A stretch of 64,000 nt of DNA from Octopus sinensis (lineage: Eukaryota): positions 49,798,464 to 49,862,463 of the forward strand of contig NC_043011.1 in assembly GCF_006345805.1 (NCBI RefSeq). The letters are read 5' to 3'. The position numbers and the translations under genes were made by a program. Each line of letters opens with the position of its first letter. The first letter of the stretch is position 1. A model generated the notes under the pieces. That model was given only the letters and a program-made list of their open reading frames with translations, did no database searches and was not told the origin of the DNA. Positions 25,425 to 39,731 of this stretch are shown here, one piece after another.

Positions 25425-25816
25425 TGTGGAGGCGCAATGGCCCAGTGGTTAGGGCAGCAAACTCGCGGTCATAGGATCGCGGTTTCGATTCCCAGACCGG
25501 GCGTTGTGAGTGTTTATTGAGCGAAAACACCTAAAAAGCTCCACGAGTCTCCGGCAGGTGATGGTGGTGATCCCTGCTGTACTCTTTCACCACAACTTTC
25601 TCTCACTCTTACTTCCTGTTTCTGTTGTACCTGTATTTCAAGGGGCCGGCCTTGTCACTCACTGTGTCACGCTGAATATCCCCGAAAACTACGTTAAGGG
25701 TGCACGTGTCTGTGGAGTGATCAGCCACTTACACGTTAATTTCACGAGCAGGCTGTTCCGTTGATTCGGATCAACCGGAACCCTCATCGTCGTAACCGAC
25801 GGAGTGCTTCCATCCC
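25425..25816 (+). mobile_element. tRNA-derived SINE family C
   Basis: A box tggcccagtggtt, B box ggtttcgattccc; TSD aaacttagaggc at 25413-25424 and 25817-25828. Confidence 0.9.
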
Positions 25817-26266
25817 AAACTTAGAGGCAACCTTAAGGTGTAATATATATTAAAAAACACAACACTAACAGCTTGGGTTTTAGTTGAGATTACATTGTGA
25901 AACTTTGTGTATCTCTACCGTTCTGCTCTTTATAATATTCACCAATGTAATGTTATGTTTTATCATTGTTTCCGTGACCTTAAGAAAAAGGAAGCTTCAA
26001 ATAACGAATAATGACATTCAGTTGACTATAAGAACCATGTTCTTCTATAATGCATTGAACTATCCCATTCTTTGATGCTTACAGCAACATGTTTCTGTGT
26101 GTGCGCGTGTGTGTTTCTGTGCGCGCGCGCGGTATGATTTCGTGCTTGCGTACGTTTTGTGCGGTGTGGTCTGTGGTATCTATTACATATATGCATATCT
26201 ATCTATCTATCCTCTACTATATCTATTATCTATCTATTATCTATCTATCTATCTATTTACTATCTA

Positions 26267-26298
<32 letters not shown>

Positions 26299-26480
26299 CT
26301 ATAGTAATATATATATCCTCTCTCTCTCTCTCTCTCTCCACACACACCACACACTCACGTGTGTATATATATATATATATATTATATATATAATACATAC
26401 ATACAAAGAGCGAGAGTGGGAGATGCATAGGGGAAGAGATAGACAAATAGACAGATAGATAGATAAATAGAGAGGGCATA

Positions 26481-26519
<39 letters not shown>

Positions 26520-26524
26520 TATAG

Positions 26525-26600
<76 letters not shown>

Positions 26601-26853
26601 TAGTAGTTGCAAGTATTTACACGACCAGCAGAACACTTGTCAATATTTATAGTGGAATGCTTTTATGAAATGCTTTTATAGTATAATTCTCTCTGTTTGC
26701 TTCATACCAAGACTGAAATCTCATGTCAAGATATATTCTACACATTCATCAGACGACACAAACTTCATTATTTATAAACGCTGAACACAAACACTCGCAA
26801 CACACTCACTCACACGTGTATATATACATAAATACATACATAGGTATATACGG

Positions 26854-26893
<40 letters not shown>

Positions 26894-27099
26894 CGTATAC
26901 ATGTACATAACTATTTATACATTTATGCATGCATGTATCATTAACTGTATACAACGCTTTAAATCAGCATGTGAATCAATGAAAGGGCAATACCATTTGC
27001 ATATACAGTTACATACGTGCGTATAAGTACAAATGCGTATGTATAAAACTATATACAATTATATGTATATATACATACACACATTATATATATATATAA

Positions 27100-27378
27100 A
27101 ATATTATTAGAGACAAAACCACTATTTTGCAAAACTTCATAATTTGAAACTGACTTATTGGAAGTCCACCTGAAGATTGTCGATCAAGACAAGAAACAAT
27201 TGTAGTGGCGTTTTTTTTGACTATTTATAAAATTTTAGTATTGATTAAGTCTTTCCTTGTTTGTTTGCAAAATAGTGGTTTTGTCTCTAATATATTTTAT
27301 AATATTTTACTATAAAATTGGATTTAATCCTAAATCTGATTTTTTCCCTGTAAATTTGATTTATTCCCTAATATTTTA
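27100..27378 (+). mobile_element. Short Penelope-type element with 5' inverted arm and HHR
   Basis: attagagacaaaaccactattttgcaaa (27106-27133) inverted at 27264-27291; in (TA)n; related arm at ~36397. Confidence 0.7.
27166..27208 (+). ncRNA. Minimal type I hammerhead ribozyme, fully canonical
   Basis: ccac-CTGAAGA-ttgtc-gatcaa-gacaa-GAAA-caattg-TA-gtgg; palindromic stem III acaattgt; cleavage after A27204. Confidence 0.9.
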
Positions 27379-27531
27379 TATATATATATAATATATAATA
27401 TATATATCTATAACTATATATATATTATATTATATATATAATATATATATGTATAATATATTATTATATATTATATATACATACCTATCTCTCTAACTTT
27501 ATATCCATAAACTTCTCTTCTACACACACAT

Positions 27532-27573
<42 letters not shown>

Positions 27574-27814
27574 TACATACCTATCTCTCTAACTTTATAT
27601 CCATATACTTCTCTTTTCTACCCACACACATTAATATATATATATATATAGATAATAGAGAAAGATAGGTGAGAAGAGAGAGAGCGAATCCGTATATACA
27701 TATCCACAGACATACCCACATTTATCTTGGATATAGTACATGTGCAATATGTATGCATTTCTTCGGTTTCATATTGCAAATGCTGTTTATATATTCATAT
27801 AATAATAATATAAT

Positions 27815-28195
27815 AAATTATTGTATACAGTGCTCAGGAGCACACCACACTGCCAGAAAGTGCATATCAAGTACATGCAGTAATGTAAAATGTCTGGAAA
27901 GCGACACAATGTATGAGTCAGATACATGCTTGTTTGTGTATGGAGGGGAGAAAATCAAGTGTAGTGTTGGCGAATCTCAGAAGCATGGAAGTTTTGAAGG
28001 ATGCAGTGCTCCGACAACTAACAACTGATGCCGGCAGTTTGTTCCATGCTTCAGCAACTCTCAGCGTGAAAAAAATGTTTCCTGAAGTCATGGGAGCTGT
28101 GCTGTTTTCTTACTTTGTAAATATGTCCACGGGTGTTAGATGGGTGGAGTTTGAAAAGGTGCTCAGAGTTATTGTTTGTACGATGGTTGATAGAT
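27815..28195 (-). mobile_element. CR1-type LINE 3' end
   Basis: Translation NTRGHIYKVRKQHSSHDFRKH/FFTLRVAEAWNKLPASVV...SFK, then 3' UTR. Confidence 0.85.
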
Positions 28196-28521
28196 TCCTT
28201 TAAATTTATTTCGACCAAAAACAAAAAGAAACTCTAAATAAAATTTAACTCCCCAAACAGAATCAAATACCTTGTTTTCCTTTAAAAAAAAAAAGAAACT
28301 ATTCTATATAGTTTCATAACGAAAGCAAGGGAAATAATCATTGCAAAGTATTTTGATTTGGTTCGTTTCTTTTCTTAGTTTCCAATTACTCCGATAATAT
28401 CATGAGGAAATAGCTTATTTCATTTGATGATATTTTATACTATTTATTTATATATTTATACAGGTGTTTCGTTATTTCTTTGTTTTTTGTCTTCAACGCC
28501 ATGTCTTTTAGTAAGGTGGTT

Positions 28522-28609
<88 letters not shown>

Positions 28610-28769
28610 TGTGAGTTTCTTTGTGGCAGTCGGTTTTGATATCTTTTTTTTTTTTCCTTCCTCCAATATGCAATTAAAGATACGTTAATTAACGAAAGAA
28701 TCTCTTAGTAATGAGTCTTTATATAATAAGCTACTAAAAAAAAAACATACACACTAAAATGCAATAAAA

Positions 28770-29105
28770 TATAATAATAATATAATAATAAATAATAAGA
28801 ATGATGATAATAATAATAATGATAATAATGAAATAATGATAATAATAATAATAATAATAATAATCATAATATAATAATAATAAATAATAATAGAATAATA
28901 ATAATAATAATAATAATGAGATAATAATAATAATATAATAATAATAATAATAATTAATAATAAGAAAAAATAATAATAATATAATAATATAATAACTAAT
29001 AATAATAATAATGGTAATAATAATAATAATAATAATAATATAATGATAATAATAAATAATAATAATCAATAATAATTAATAATATAATAATAATAATAAA
29101 TAATA
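28770..29105. repeat. (AAT)n microsatellite
   Basis: Direct reading. Confidence 0.9.
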
Positions 29106-30188
29106 CATATGAATGAAGAAATGAAAATTTTATTAATAAGTCGAACAATAACTACAACCAAAAGTAAATATTCGGTGAAATTAAATTTTGAAAAAGAAGA
29201 AAATAAAATTAGAGAAAATACAATTAAACGAAAAAATTTAATATAGAGAGCAACGAAGAAGTTAAATAATTCGGAATAAAATTAGAGAATACCTGCTTTG
29301 ATAAAGTTTTTGTCTTCCTTTTTTTAATTATGTGATAGGTTTGTCTTTTGCCTTATATATTATTTCATATGCTCATATAATTTCTCTATATATATAAAAT
29401 ATATATATATGTTCGTATGGATATGTATTTTTTCATATATTTATTGATGTAATACTTAAATATTTACATACATGTGCGGATTTAATTCTGTGTGTGTGTG
29501 TGTGTGTGCGCGCGTGTATCGTAGTTTGTAGCATCTGCGTTAATTATCTTTCTCCTGCTTTAATTAACAACTGTTCAATGTAATAATATCGTCCGCATGT
29601 TCGAGCCCAGCTTAGAATTTGCTTTAATATCTACGAACTAGATTTCCTTCTTTCTACCTCTCTCTCTCTGTCTACCCCTCCCTCTATCTACCACTCTCTC
29701 TATATATATATCTTTCTCTTTCTCTGCACCTCTCTCTCTCTTTGTTCACCTTTCTTAATTATCACTTTAAAACACGGAGTACATTTCGAAATATAATTAA
29801 ATGTAAATGTTTCATGTTGTATTATTTTTGTATATTTTGCGGGGCGGTCATCTGCAAACCCCCGTTTCACTATCTTTATGCAGCACTGCTACAACTAATG
29901 AACAATTAGCAAACTGAAGACAAATTTTAGTTGTCTTGAATTATTTACAAACACAGATATTACATGAAATATGAAATGAAGATGTGATCATGACACCATC
30001 ATACACAAAATAGAGGCGTTTAATCACATTTAAATGATTTTCAACGAACGATTTCATTGAAGCCGGTGAGACTTTATTTGTTGATCATGAAAACAACGTG
30101 TTATTCTGTAGAGTTTATTGTCTACAGTTGTCAAGCCACGTCAGTCGCCAACAGCTAAACAGAACAAGAGGAGCACATAGGGTGGAGA

Positions 30189-30232
30189 GTCGCTGAAGAG
30201 GTCACAGGGTGTATGGCGAAAGATATCTAGAC
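30189..30232 (+). ncRNA. Hammerhead-like motif, one base missing in stem I
   Basis: gtcg-CTGAAGA-g-gtca...tggc-GAAA-gatatc-TA-gac; palindromic stem III agatatct. Confidence 0.5.
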
Positions 30233-30254
30233 AAATGACATAAAATTAGAACAA

Positions 30255-30665
30255 TAGGAGTGACTGTGTGGTAAGTAGCTTGCTAACAAACCACATGGTT
30301 CCGGGTTCAGTCCCACTGCGTGGCATCTTGGGCAAGTGTCTTCTGCTATAGCCCCGGGCCGACCAAAGCCTTGTGAGTGGATTTGGTAGACGGAAACTGA
30401 AAGTAGCCTGTCGTATATATGTATATATATATGTATGTGTGTGTGTGTTTGTTTGTCTGTGTTTGTCCCCCTAGCATTGCTTGACAACCGATGCTGGTGT
30501 GTTTACGTCCCCGTCACTTAGCGGTTCGGCAAAAGAGACCGATAGAATAAGTACTGGGCTTACAAAGAATAAGTCCCGGGGTCGATTTGCTCGACTAAAA
30601 GGCGGTGCTCCAGCATGGCCACAGTCAAAATGACTGAAACAAGTAAAAGAGAGAGTGAAAAGAGT
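30255..30665 (+). mobile_element. SINE family A
   Basis: Match to other copies. Confidence 0.9.
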
Positions 30666-31161
30666 GATAATGATATAAATTTGAAGGGAAGAACGAATAT
30701 ATAATAGGTGTGTTTATTTGACGAAAAATATCACCATTTCGAAATTTCAACACACGATTTCACATTATGAATCTTGTAAAAACAAAAAAAAATCAGAAAT
30801 GTAAAAAAGGATAAAATCGACTTCGTACTAAAAGGATATCAAATTTTTCTCTTATTTGGACTATATTTGAACCGTTTTTCATTTCCTTCTTTCATCCTCA
30901 TTTTCTTACAGCTTAAGAATAGATTTTCTGTTGGAGGTGTAGAAGTAATTAATTATTGCTTAAAGTAAAGCACAGTATCAAACAAATACTTATACATCCG
31001 GTTGGAGTTTGGAGTTTGGTAACGTGATTATGCAAACACAACCAACTGTTGTTTACACCAATCGATGTTAACATGTTATATGATAGGATTTATTAATGCT
31101 CACCATGAAGTTTTACTAAGTCGTTAAATTGATGTAACTATATTATCCATTATCCATTACA

Positions 31162-31578
31162 TGGCGGCGAGCTGGCATAGACGTTAGCGCCCCGGGCGAA
31201 ATGCTTAGCGGTATTTCGTCTGACGTTACGTTCTGAGTTCAAATTCCGCCGAGGTCGACTTTGCCTTTCATCCTCTCGGGGTCGATAAATTAAGTACCAG
31301 TTAAGCACTGGGGTCGATGTAATCGACTTAATACCTATGTCTGTCCTTGTTTGTCCCCTCTGTGTTTAGCCCCCTGTGGGTAATAAAGAAATAGGTATTT
31401 CGTCTGACGTTACGTTCTGAGTTCAAATTCCACCGAGGTAGACTTTGCCTTTCATCCTTTCGGGGTCGATAAATAAAGTACCAGTTTCGCACTGGGGTCG
31501 ATGTAATCGACTTAATCCCTTTGTCTGTCCTTGTTTGTCCTCTCTGTGTTTAGCCCCTTGTGGGTAGTAAAGAAATAT
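31162..31578 (+). mobile_element. SINE family B dimer
   Basis: Head plus two bodies; TSD attatccattac at 31149-31160 and 31581-31592. Confidence 0.9.
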
Positions 31579-32173
31579 ATATTATCCATTACTGCAACTA
31601 GCGCGTTGGGATATTGTATTTAAAATGGTTGTACACAGACCCAAAAGAAACCGCGAAAGGTCTGTTGTTTCTCGGGGTTTTATGAAAACCAATTTAAAGC
31701 GCATTCTGTTGCAGCAACCATTATACACCACTGGTACATGTGGTGTGTATGTATATAAGCATGAAGAATGTATATGGAGATAAACTGATAGATAAATCAT
31801 TCCAGTCCCTGTTTTGATTTGTTAATACTCTGCAAAAAGTATTTTCCCGTATTTTCAAATTTTGTGGATTGCTTACACAAATACTACATATACATACGAA
31901 GTTAGAATGCAGATGTGATTGAAGAGGAAACGGTTTCGATTTTAAAACTATATATACATGTATACATAAGTATTGACGCACATACACACACACACACACA
32001 CGCACACATACACACATGAACAGATAGGTAGATGAATAGACTGACAGGCAGATAAATAGATAGATAGATGGATAGACAAATAGATATATAGATGGACCGA
32101 TTGATAGACAGAGTGTGTGTGTGTCTGTGTGAGAGAGAGAGAGAAAGATAGATAGATAGATAGATAGAGAGAG

Positions 32174-32217
<44 letters not shown>

Positions 32218-33712
32218 GAACAGACGGGCGGAAAGACAGACAAACAGACAGATAGGTAGGGAGATAGATAGATAGAGAGAGAAGGAGAGAGAGAGAGAGA
32301 TGAACGGAGAGACTGATAAAAAGCCTGATAGATAGATATTTTCTTCTTTTTTAATTCTAGTTTTGTTCTTCTTTGTGAAGCTCTACGAAAACAGGAAGAA
32401 TATAAAATGTCGCCAATGAGTTTGTGCCAATGTTTTAATTACTTTTTCCTAGTCGTTCTGAATTCGAAGCTATATATTCCATATTTTGGATATGGAAAAA
32501 TTATTTGTCAAAATATGTCTTGAGATAAGCTTCCGATCTAACTAAATTAAAAATGTTTTCTTCCTCAAATAGCCAAAAATGTAATTTCTTCCCCCTAATG
32601 TCTCCCTTAAATATCAGCCACAAAATAAATAGAAATATTTATTAGATCGAAGCGTCATAACTAAATTAGTAGTTATATTGGAATTTTCATCCTCCCCGGT
32701 TCACTTCCAAACATTAAAATGGAGAAACTCTAATTGCTATTTCATTATCTTCCTAATATTTATAGACGAGAGAAAAATAAACCTGCTATCATCCACCACT
32801 ATTGGTTTTAATTCGCAGTTCGAAGATCTTTCATTTATTTGCATTAAAGAAAATAAAGACTTATTTGATCAGTAAAATATCGTATGAACCATTGCACTCT
32901 TTCTTACGGTTGCATACGTCTTGTGCTGCAAGGGAGCGCGCGCTCAGTGGAGCAAGATTCTTGCAGAATAAACTAAAAGTAGAACGGCGGTAGAAAACAA
33001 CGAGAAATCTCTGCTGTATTTATTCCAAGAAAAATCACAAATCTTCCGATTTTGGCATGGTGGCTCCCAATTGCCAATGGCTGCAAAACTGGAAGCGCGC
33101 TTGGCGAAAGAGAAAGAGAAAGAGAGAGAGAGAAACTAAGTCACAGAGTAAAGGAGTCATAGAGAAGAGGAGAGGAGATATGTAGAAAGTGACAGCTTTT
33201 TTCTTAGGCGTTCGTAGAACTTCTCATTTGGCCTTTCAAAATAATGGTTTTATCATCCTTTTTCCAAATTTTTTTAGCTCTAAGTCTTCTACACCTATAT
33301 TATATATATAGGAGACGTATATTCAACACATACCCGTCTACATTTTATGATTATTCCGACAATTATACTCAGTATCATATACATTTTGGCGGCATTCTGT
33401 AAGAGCTAGTCGCCAGTGTCCAAAGTAGAAGAAAATACTCCAGAAAGTTATTTTTATTGGTACAACTGTTGTGTCATACATTCATGGCTGAAATTATATT
33501 TCCAGTAATGTTTATCCTGCTACGTCTTCTGTGTAAGATTGTAGCTATGGTATTACATTTTCCTGTCTATCGCATCGTTACAAACAACATGGCGTTATCA
33601 GTTTAAGGGAATAGTATATGTTTGCAGGTGTAAAAAATCATCAACGAAGATTGCAAACGGAAGTGGTTTGCTATTGATCCTTGTGGAACTTATACATTGA
33701 TGGATTATTGAA

Positions 33713-34125
33713 CAGGCGTAGGAGTGGCTGTGTAGTTTCCTTACGAACCACATGGTTCCGGGTTCAATCCCACTACGTGGCACCTTGGGCAAGTGTCTTC
33801 TACTATAACCTCGGGCCGACCAAAGCCTTGAGTGGATTTAGTAAACAAAAATTGAAAGAATCCCGTCGTATATATGTATGTATATATAGTTGTTTCTATA
33901 TATGTTTGTGTGTCTGTGTTTATCCCCCCAACATCGCTTGACAACCGATGGTTGTGTGTTTACGTTCCCGTAACTTAGCGGTTCGGCAAAAGAGACCGAT
34001 AGAATAAGTACTAGGCTTACAAAGAATAAGTCCTGGGGTCGATTTTCTCGACTAAAGGCGGTGCTCCAGCATAGCCACAGTCAAATATCTGAAACAAGTA
34101 AAATACTAAAAGAGTAAAAGAGTAA
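33713..34125 (+). mobile_element. SINE family A
   Basis: Match to other copies. Confidence 0.9.
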
Positions 34126-34205
34126 TACTGAGTGGAAAATGCTTATGGTGGATCTCGAATTAAGGAAGTGGTGTAAGCACCTTAGCATTAATGCAAGAAT
34201 GTGTC

Positions 34206-34426
34206 TACGAGTGCCGAAAATTTCCTGGCTTTCGGAGTATCATGAAAGGCCTGCTTGGCGGTCCATCCTTTCGAGTTCTTTTACAGGGCGTAGAAAACCT
34301 GAATGACTGCTGCAATAAGTGTGTGAATCTGAGAGGACACTACGTTGCATAAATATAATAATTAACTGATCCTCATGTATTTCTTTTTACCCAAAGCCAA
34401 GAATTTTTCAGCACTCCGCCCTCGTA
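34206..34426. mobile_element. Mariner-type MITE (fragments also at ~34490-34522 and ~35160-35243)
   Basis: TA-cgag.tgc.gaaaa ... ttttcagcac..ccctcg-TA. Confidence 0.7.
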
Positions 34427-34525
34427 TATAATTGTTCATTGTCACTCATTTCTTGCACAAAGACGGACGATGATACTTTCGCATAATTTTTAAAGCCAAA
34501 AACTTTTCAACACTCCACTCGTGTA

Positions 34526-34929
34526 TACTCTTTTCTCTTTTCTCTTTTACTTGTTTCAGTCATTTGACTGCGGCCATGCTGGAGCACCGCCTTTAGTCGA
34601 GCAACTCGACCCCCGGGACTTATTCTTTTGTAAGCCCAGTACTTATTCTATCAGTCTCTTTTGCCGAACCGCTAAGTAACGGGGACGTAAACACACCAGC
34701 ATCAGTTGTCAAGCAATGCTAGGGGGGACAAACACAGACACACAAACATAGACACGCATACATATACATATATACGACGGGCTTCTTTCAGTTTCCGTCT
34801 ACCAAATCCACTCACAAGGCTTTGGTCGGCCCGAGGCTATAGTAGAAGACACTTGCCCAAGGTGCCACGCAATGGGACTGAACCCGGAACCATGTGGTTC
34901 GTAAACAAGCTACTTACCACACAGCCACG

Positions 34930-34932
<3 letters not shown>
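34526..34932 (-). mobile_element. SINE family A
   Basis: Match to other copies. Confidence 0.9.
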
Positions 34933-34965
<33 letters not shown>

Positions 34966-35717
34966 CAAAAAGTAAATAAACTTGGAAAATGCACAGAAGT
35001 ATATTGTAGGGAATGTTTAATAAAATATTACCGGTTTCGATGTATCGATCCTATGAAATACTAGAAATATTAGAAAAAATATTTTGGAGAGTGGGAGAGA
35101 AAAAACATTTTTGGTAGGGTTTTACAGTTTGTATTCAAATGTGAGTCCTTAAGAACTCAAATTCCTCTCTCAGACTCACACACTTATTGCAGCGGTCCTT
35201 CAGTTTTTCTAAGCCATGTGATCTTTTCAGCACCCCACTCGTATATATAGTTGAATGAATGAATAGATATGTATGTCTGTTTGTATACTTGATATTATAA
35301 AACCATATTCTTAGAACTGTAGCCTAACAGCTAATTTCCTTCTGTTTCATTTTCACCAGTTACGTAACTGAAATATCTAGTCGGATATGGCTGTAAATAG
35401 GTGCATCACGAATATACATACGTACATACATATATAAATACATCCATTCATCCATCCATCTCTCCTTCCAGCCATTGAGCCATCCATCCATCCATCCATC
35501 TATCCATACACAAATATAATTATATTTGCGTATATCTCTGTATGTATGAACTTCTGCGAGCGTGGTTGTGGATACGTATGTTAATATACACATGGATGCT
35601 TGTGAAGATTGTGTGTATGTATTAGTATGTGTGTGTGTATTCACATATATTTATGCATATATGCTTACACGTGTGGATATATATGTATAAATGTGTGTAT
35701 GTATATTAATACATTTT

Positions 35718-35764
<47 letters not shown>

Positions 35765-36247
35765 ACCTATATATATACCAATATATATATATATTGAGAG
35801 ATCTGTACACTATTTCCCTCTCGCTCTCACACACACACACTTGCACATATATATACACATACATTCATACACTCACAGTGAAAGACATATAGAAAAACAA
35901 ACATACTTATATAATATCTTGCTTAATCGAAAGCATACACTATACACATATACGCACACACGCACACACATAAGCACACATACACATGTACGCGGTGCAC
36001 TCGATTACTTAAAACCAAGATTAGATAAATGTAACGCCTTTCCTGCAACTTTAAACGGAAGTGCCCCCAAGCTTCATTTGTATCTATGCGCGGAAAGACA
36101 TACTGCGAGAGTGATTATCACACATAATATTTACTGTTTCAGCTTCTCCATCTTTCCGTTATCCACTGTTTATTACACGCCATCCATCCTTCATTGCGTC
36201 ATCTTGCACTCACTCACTCAGACAAACACACACGCACACACACACGA

Positions 36248-36297
<50 letters not shown>

Positions 36298-36299
36298 TA

Positions 36300-36388
<89 letters not shown>

Positions 36389-36870
36389 TATATTAAATTA
36401 GAGACAAAACCACTATTAGGCAAATCAAACAATGAAAAACTTAAGCCAATACATAAGATATATTATATATATAACCGAGCAATTGTTTAACATGTCCAGG
36501 AAAACTAATTTATATTGGTCGTTGCTACACGTATTTTGTGAAAATATTTGGTCGGTTCGTCTAGTCTGTGTGCTGAAGCATTGCCTTTCATTTCCCTTGT
36601 ATTGTTGGCGAACCCTGTGAGAAGCATATAGAGTAGAATGCTTGGATACTATAGAACAGAGAACAAACACACGTTATTTGTTAATAAGTTAATTTCATGA
36701 GATTTAATTTAGTTAAATTTTATTTAAAGACTGCAAATTCGGGCGAGGTTAATCTTTTTCTTCGTTCTTTCTGAGCTGATGAAATAAAGTACCAGTCAAG
36801 TAATGAAGTCGATGTAATTGACTAGCGCCCACCCTCAAATTTTCAGGCTTTGTACCTATAGTAGAAAGAA

Positions 36871-36944
<74 letters not shown>

Positions 36945-37207
36945 CATTTACTTTTAATTTGCATGTTTGCTATTATCACTTGCCGATCACCAGCGGCCTA
37001 GGATGTTACAGTATGACTGATATATATTTACTTAATTTTTTCAAATTCCTTAACAGATATATTTTTATCAATGGGAACACTTTATTACTATTATTATTAT
37101 TAACACCTTCTTTCAATTTTATTTCCATTTCTTGTCGTGTGTCTTCCTGATACCTAGGGCAGAGGAGCTCATTGTATATATTCGTAGGCCATTAAAATAG
37201 ACACCAG

Positions 37208-37254
<47 letters not shown>

Positions 37255-37599
37255 GGTGGAATCGTTAGCACGTCGGACCAAATGCTGCGCCGGATTTCAT
37301 CCGTCTTTATGTTCTGAGTTCAGATTCCACTGTGGCTAACTTTACCTTTCATCGTTTCGGGGCCGATGCAATCCACACGCCCACCTCCTTGGAATTGTTG
37401 ACCTTGTGCCAAAATTTGAAACCATTCTTCTTCTTTGTTTTCTTGTTGCTATTGATGTTGTTGTTGTTGTTGTTCGCTGTCGCTGCTGCTGCTGCTTTTG
37501 TTGTTGTTCTTGCTGCTTTTGCTGTTCTTGTTGCTGCTGTTGCTCGACTTGACAAAGGATTGGGTTTATTCCCTGTAGAATTTACGTGCGTAACGGATT

Positions 37600-38105
37600 A
37601 CAGCCTGTAAAATTAGATATCCCCAAGCTGTTAATAATCCAATAATCTTTCAAGTTCTCAAAACACTTCTGATAATCTTTCCTGTCCCTAAAACGCAAAA
37701 CCTTCTCTAAAGACTGTACCTGACATTCCATTACGATAGCCTTCAACCATTTGTCTATGTCATTACTCACGGTCCTTAATGCATTTATTATTACAGGCAC
37801 AGCCTTTACAGTTTTCATACTTCAAATTCTTGCAATTTTAGATTTTAAGGTGTTATATTTCTTTCTTATTTTTCATCTGCTTTATTTACAATCCTGGCAT
37901 CTAACGGACATGAGGAATCAATCAGGAAGTAAAATCGCTTTTGCTTGTCTATTATTGTTATATCCGGCTTATTATTTTCTATCTTCTTATCTATTGGAAT
38001 TGGAAAATCTCATAACATTTTGCACTCTTCGACTCAAGCTATCTTTCTACACGTAGTTATACCAAGTACTTGAAGATTCAAACTACCATTTCTGAATAAT
38101 ATGGC
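37600..38105 (-). pseudogene. Decayed R4/Dong-type LINE endonuclease region
   Basis: MKTVKAVPVIINALRTV and a KPD-like segment homologous to the 39-40 kb copies. Confidence 0.6.
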
Positions 38106-38437
38106 AGAATCCTTTGTTCGCCGGGCAAAATGCTTCGCGGCATTTCGCCCGTCGCTATGTTCTGAGCTCAAATACTGCCGAGGTCGACTTTGCTTTCATT
38201 ATTCCAGAGTCGATAAAATAAGTAGCAGTTGAGTCCTGGGGTTGATGAATTGCGACGTCACTGGCACCAAGCCTTATCAGCATTTGCCCTTCCCTTGCAT
38301 AACATCGGTGGCAAGGTGAGAGGAGACCGTTATGCGTGTGTGACTGCTGATCTTCCATAAACAGCCTTGACGGAAATGTGCCTCGGAGGGGAACTTTCTA
38401 GGTTCAATCCTATGCTCATTCATGATCGAAGGGGATA
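38100..38437 (+). mobile_element. Diverged SINE B-related element with a different tail
   Basis: gccgggcaaaatgctt..., gccgaggtcgactttgc. Confidence 0.6.
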
Positions 38438-38458
38438 CCTGTGTTTTATATATATATA

Positions 38459-38510
<52 letters not shown>

Positions 38511-39057
38511 ATATACACACATATGTATGTATACGAACTGTGAAGTATTTGCATAATTAATGATATGATGGCGGGAAAAGAGTACTTCCATATTAAAGCT
38601 ATGTTATTTTTCTACATCTATTTAAAATTTTCGACACTATTGCCATTAACTTTGATACATTTCTATTGTTCCTTATGCAGCTGCTACAAGACATTTCTAT
38701 AGAACTGTTTTGTCTTCTAAGCTGACCTCTGTTTTGCTATCGACTGAGAATTTTGACCGTAAGGGAATAGTTTCTATGCAGTAAATTATACTTCAAATTT
38801 GGAAGCATAACAGCTTAGGATGAAATTGATTAAATATTAAAAAAAAAATCTAAATATGTATCATAAAAAAGCAATCAAATAAAGCGATAATTTTAAATCA
38901 TTGGTGAATGGTTGGTAACCTGTCTCAAAGCTATACTAGAATATTTATTATATGTGTAAAAACATATAATAATAGTTTCAAATTTTGGCTCAAGGCCAGC
39001 AAGTTTTTAGGGAGGAGATAAATCGGTTACATCGACTCCAGTGTTCGACCAGTATTT

Positions 39058-39684
39058 TCATTGGACAATATGTCGGCATTATAAAATCAAAACCGCAGAC
39101 AAATGGTATAAACATCATCCTGAAGCTGTGACTGAGGGAGAAAATGTATCGATTCTATGGGACTTCCCCGTGTAGACCGACAGGACTATAAAAGCTAATA
39201 AACCGGATATTATTATAAAAGATCAGACAAAAAGGAAGTGTTTATTAATTGACATGAGTATTCCCTGTGATCACAATATAGCGGCGAAAGAATTTGACAA
39301 GATTAGTAAATATAAAGACCTGCTAATAGAAATTGAAAAAATGTGGCACCTCAAGGCGACTACAGTACCAGTTATTGTAGGATCTCTAGGAATGATAAAA
39401 AAAAGGTACTGAAACCTATTTGAAAATGATTCCCGGCCTACCATCCCTACAGGAAGTGCAAAAAATCGTATTAACTGGAACGGCTCATGTACTGAGAAGA
39501 GCACTATCGCTATGAAAATAACATCCATCCATGAATTTATTTATTTATTAATTTTTAAATACATATTTTATCTGTGAATTTGCGCGTGTAATTTGGGAAT
39601 GCATACAATGCCCTTCTCTGCCCTAGGTGTATGGAAAACACTCGGCGAGAAACGGAAGAAAATTTGAATAAAGAAGGAAAAAAC
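39058..39684 (+). mobile_element. 5'-truncated R4/Dong-clade LINE (RLE domain plus 3' UTR)
   Basis: ILWDFPV*TDRTIKANKPDIIIKD...LIDMSIP...KISKYKDL...TAHVLRRAL; followed by (AAT)n. Confidence 0.85.

Positions 39685-39730
<46 letters not shown>

Positions 39731-39731
<1 letters not shown>

Noticed and set aside
25425-25500. tRNA-like sequences (also 21829, 51205, 52340)
   Set aside because: SINE heads continuous with repeat bodies; no complete cloverleaf or terminator, so not tRNA genes
32880-33110. Locally GC-richer unique segment (also 14090-14290) as a possible exon or regulatory element
   Set aside because: No recognisable ORF, splice pattern or motif support from sequence alone
35025-35045. 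Minus-strand cGAAAccggTAatat, the 3' half of an HHR
   Set aside because: The CUGANGA half is missing; at best a truncated remnant
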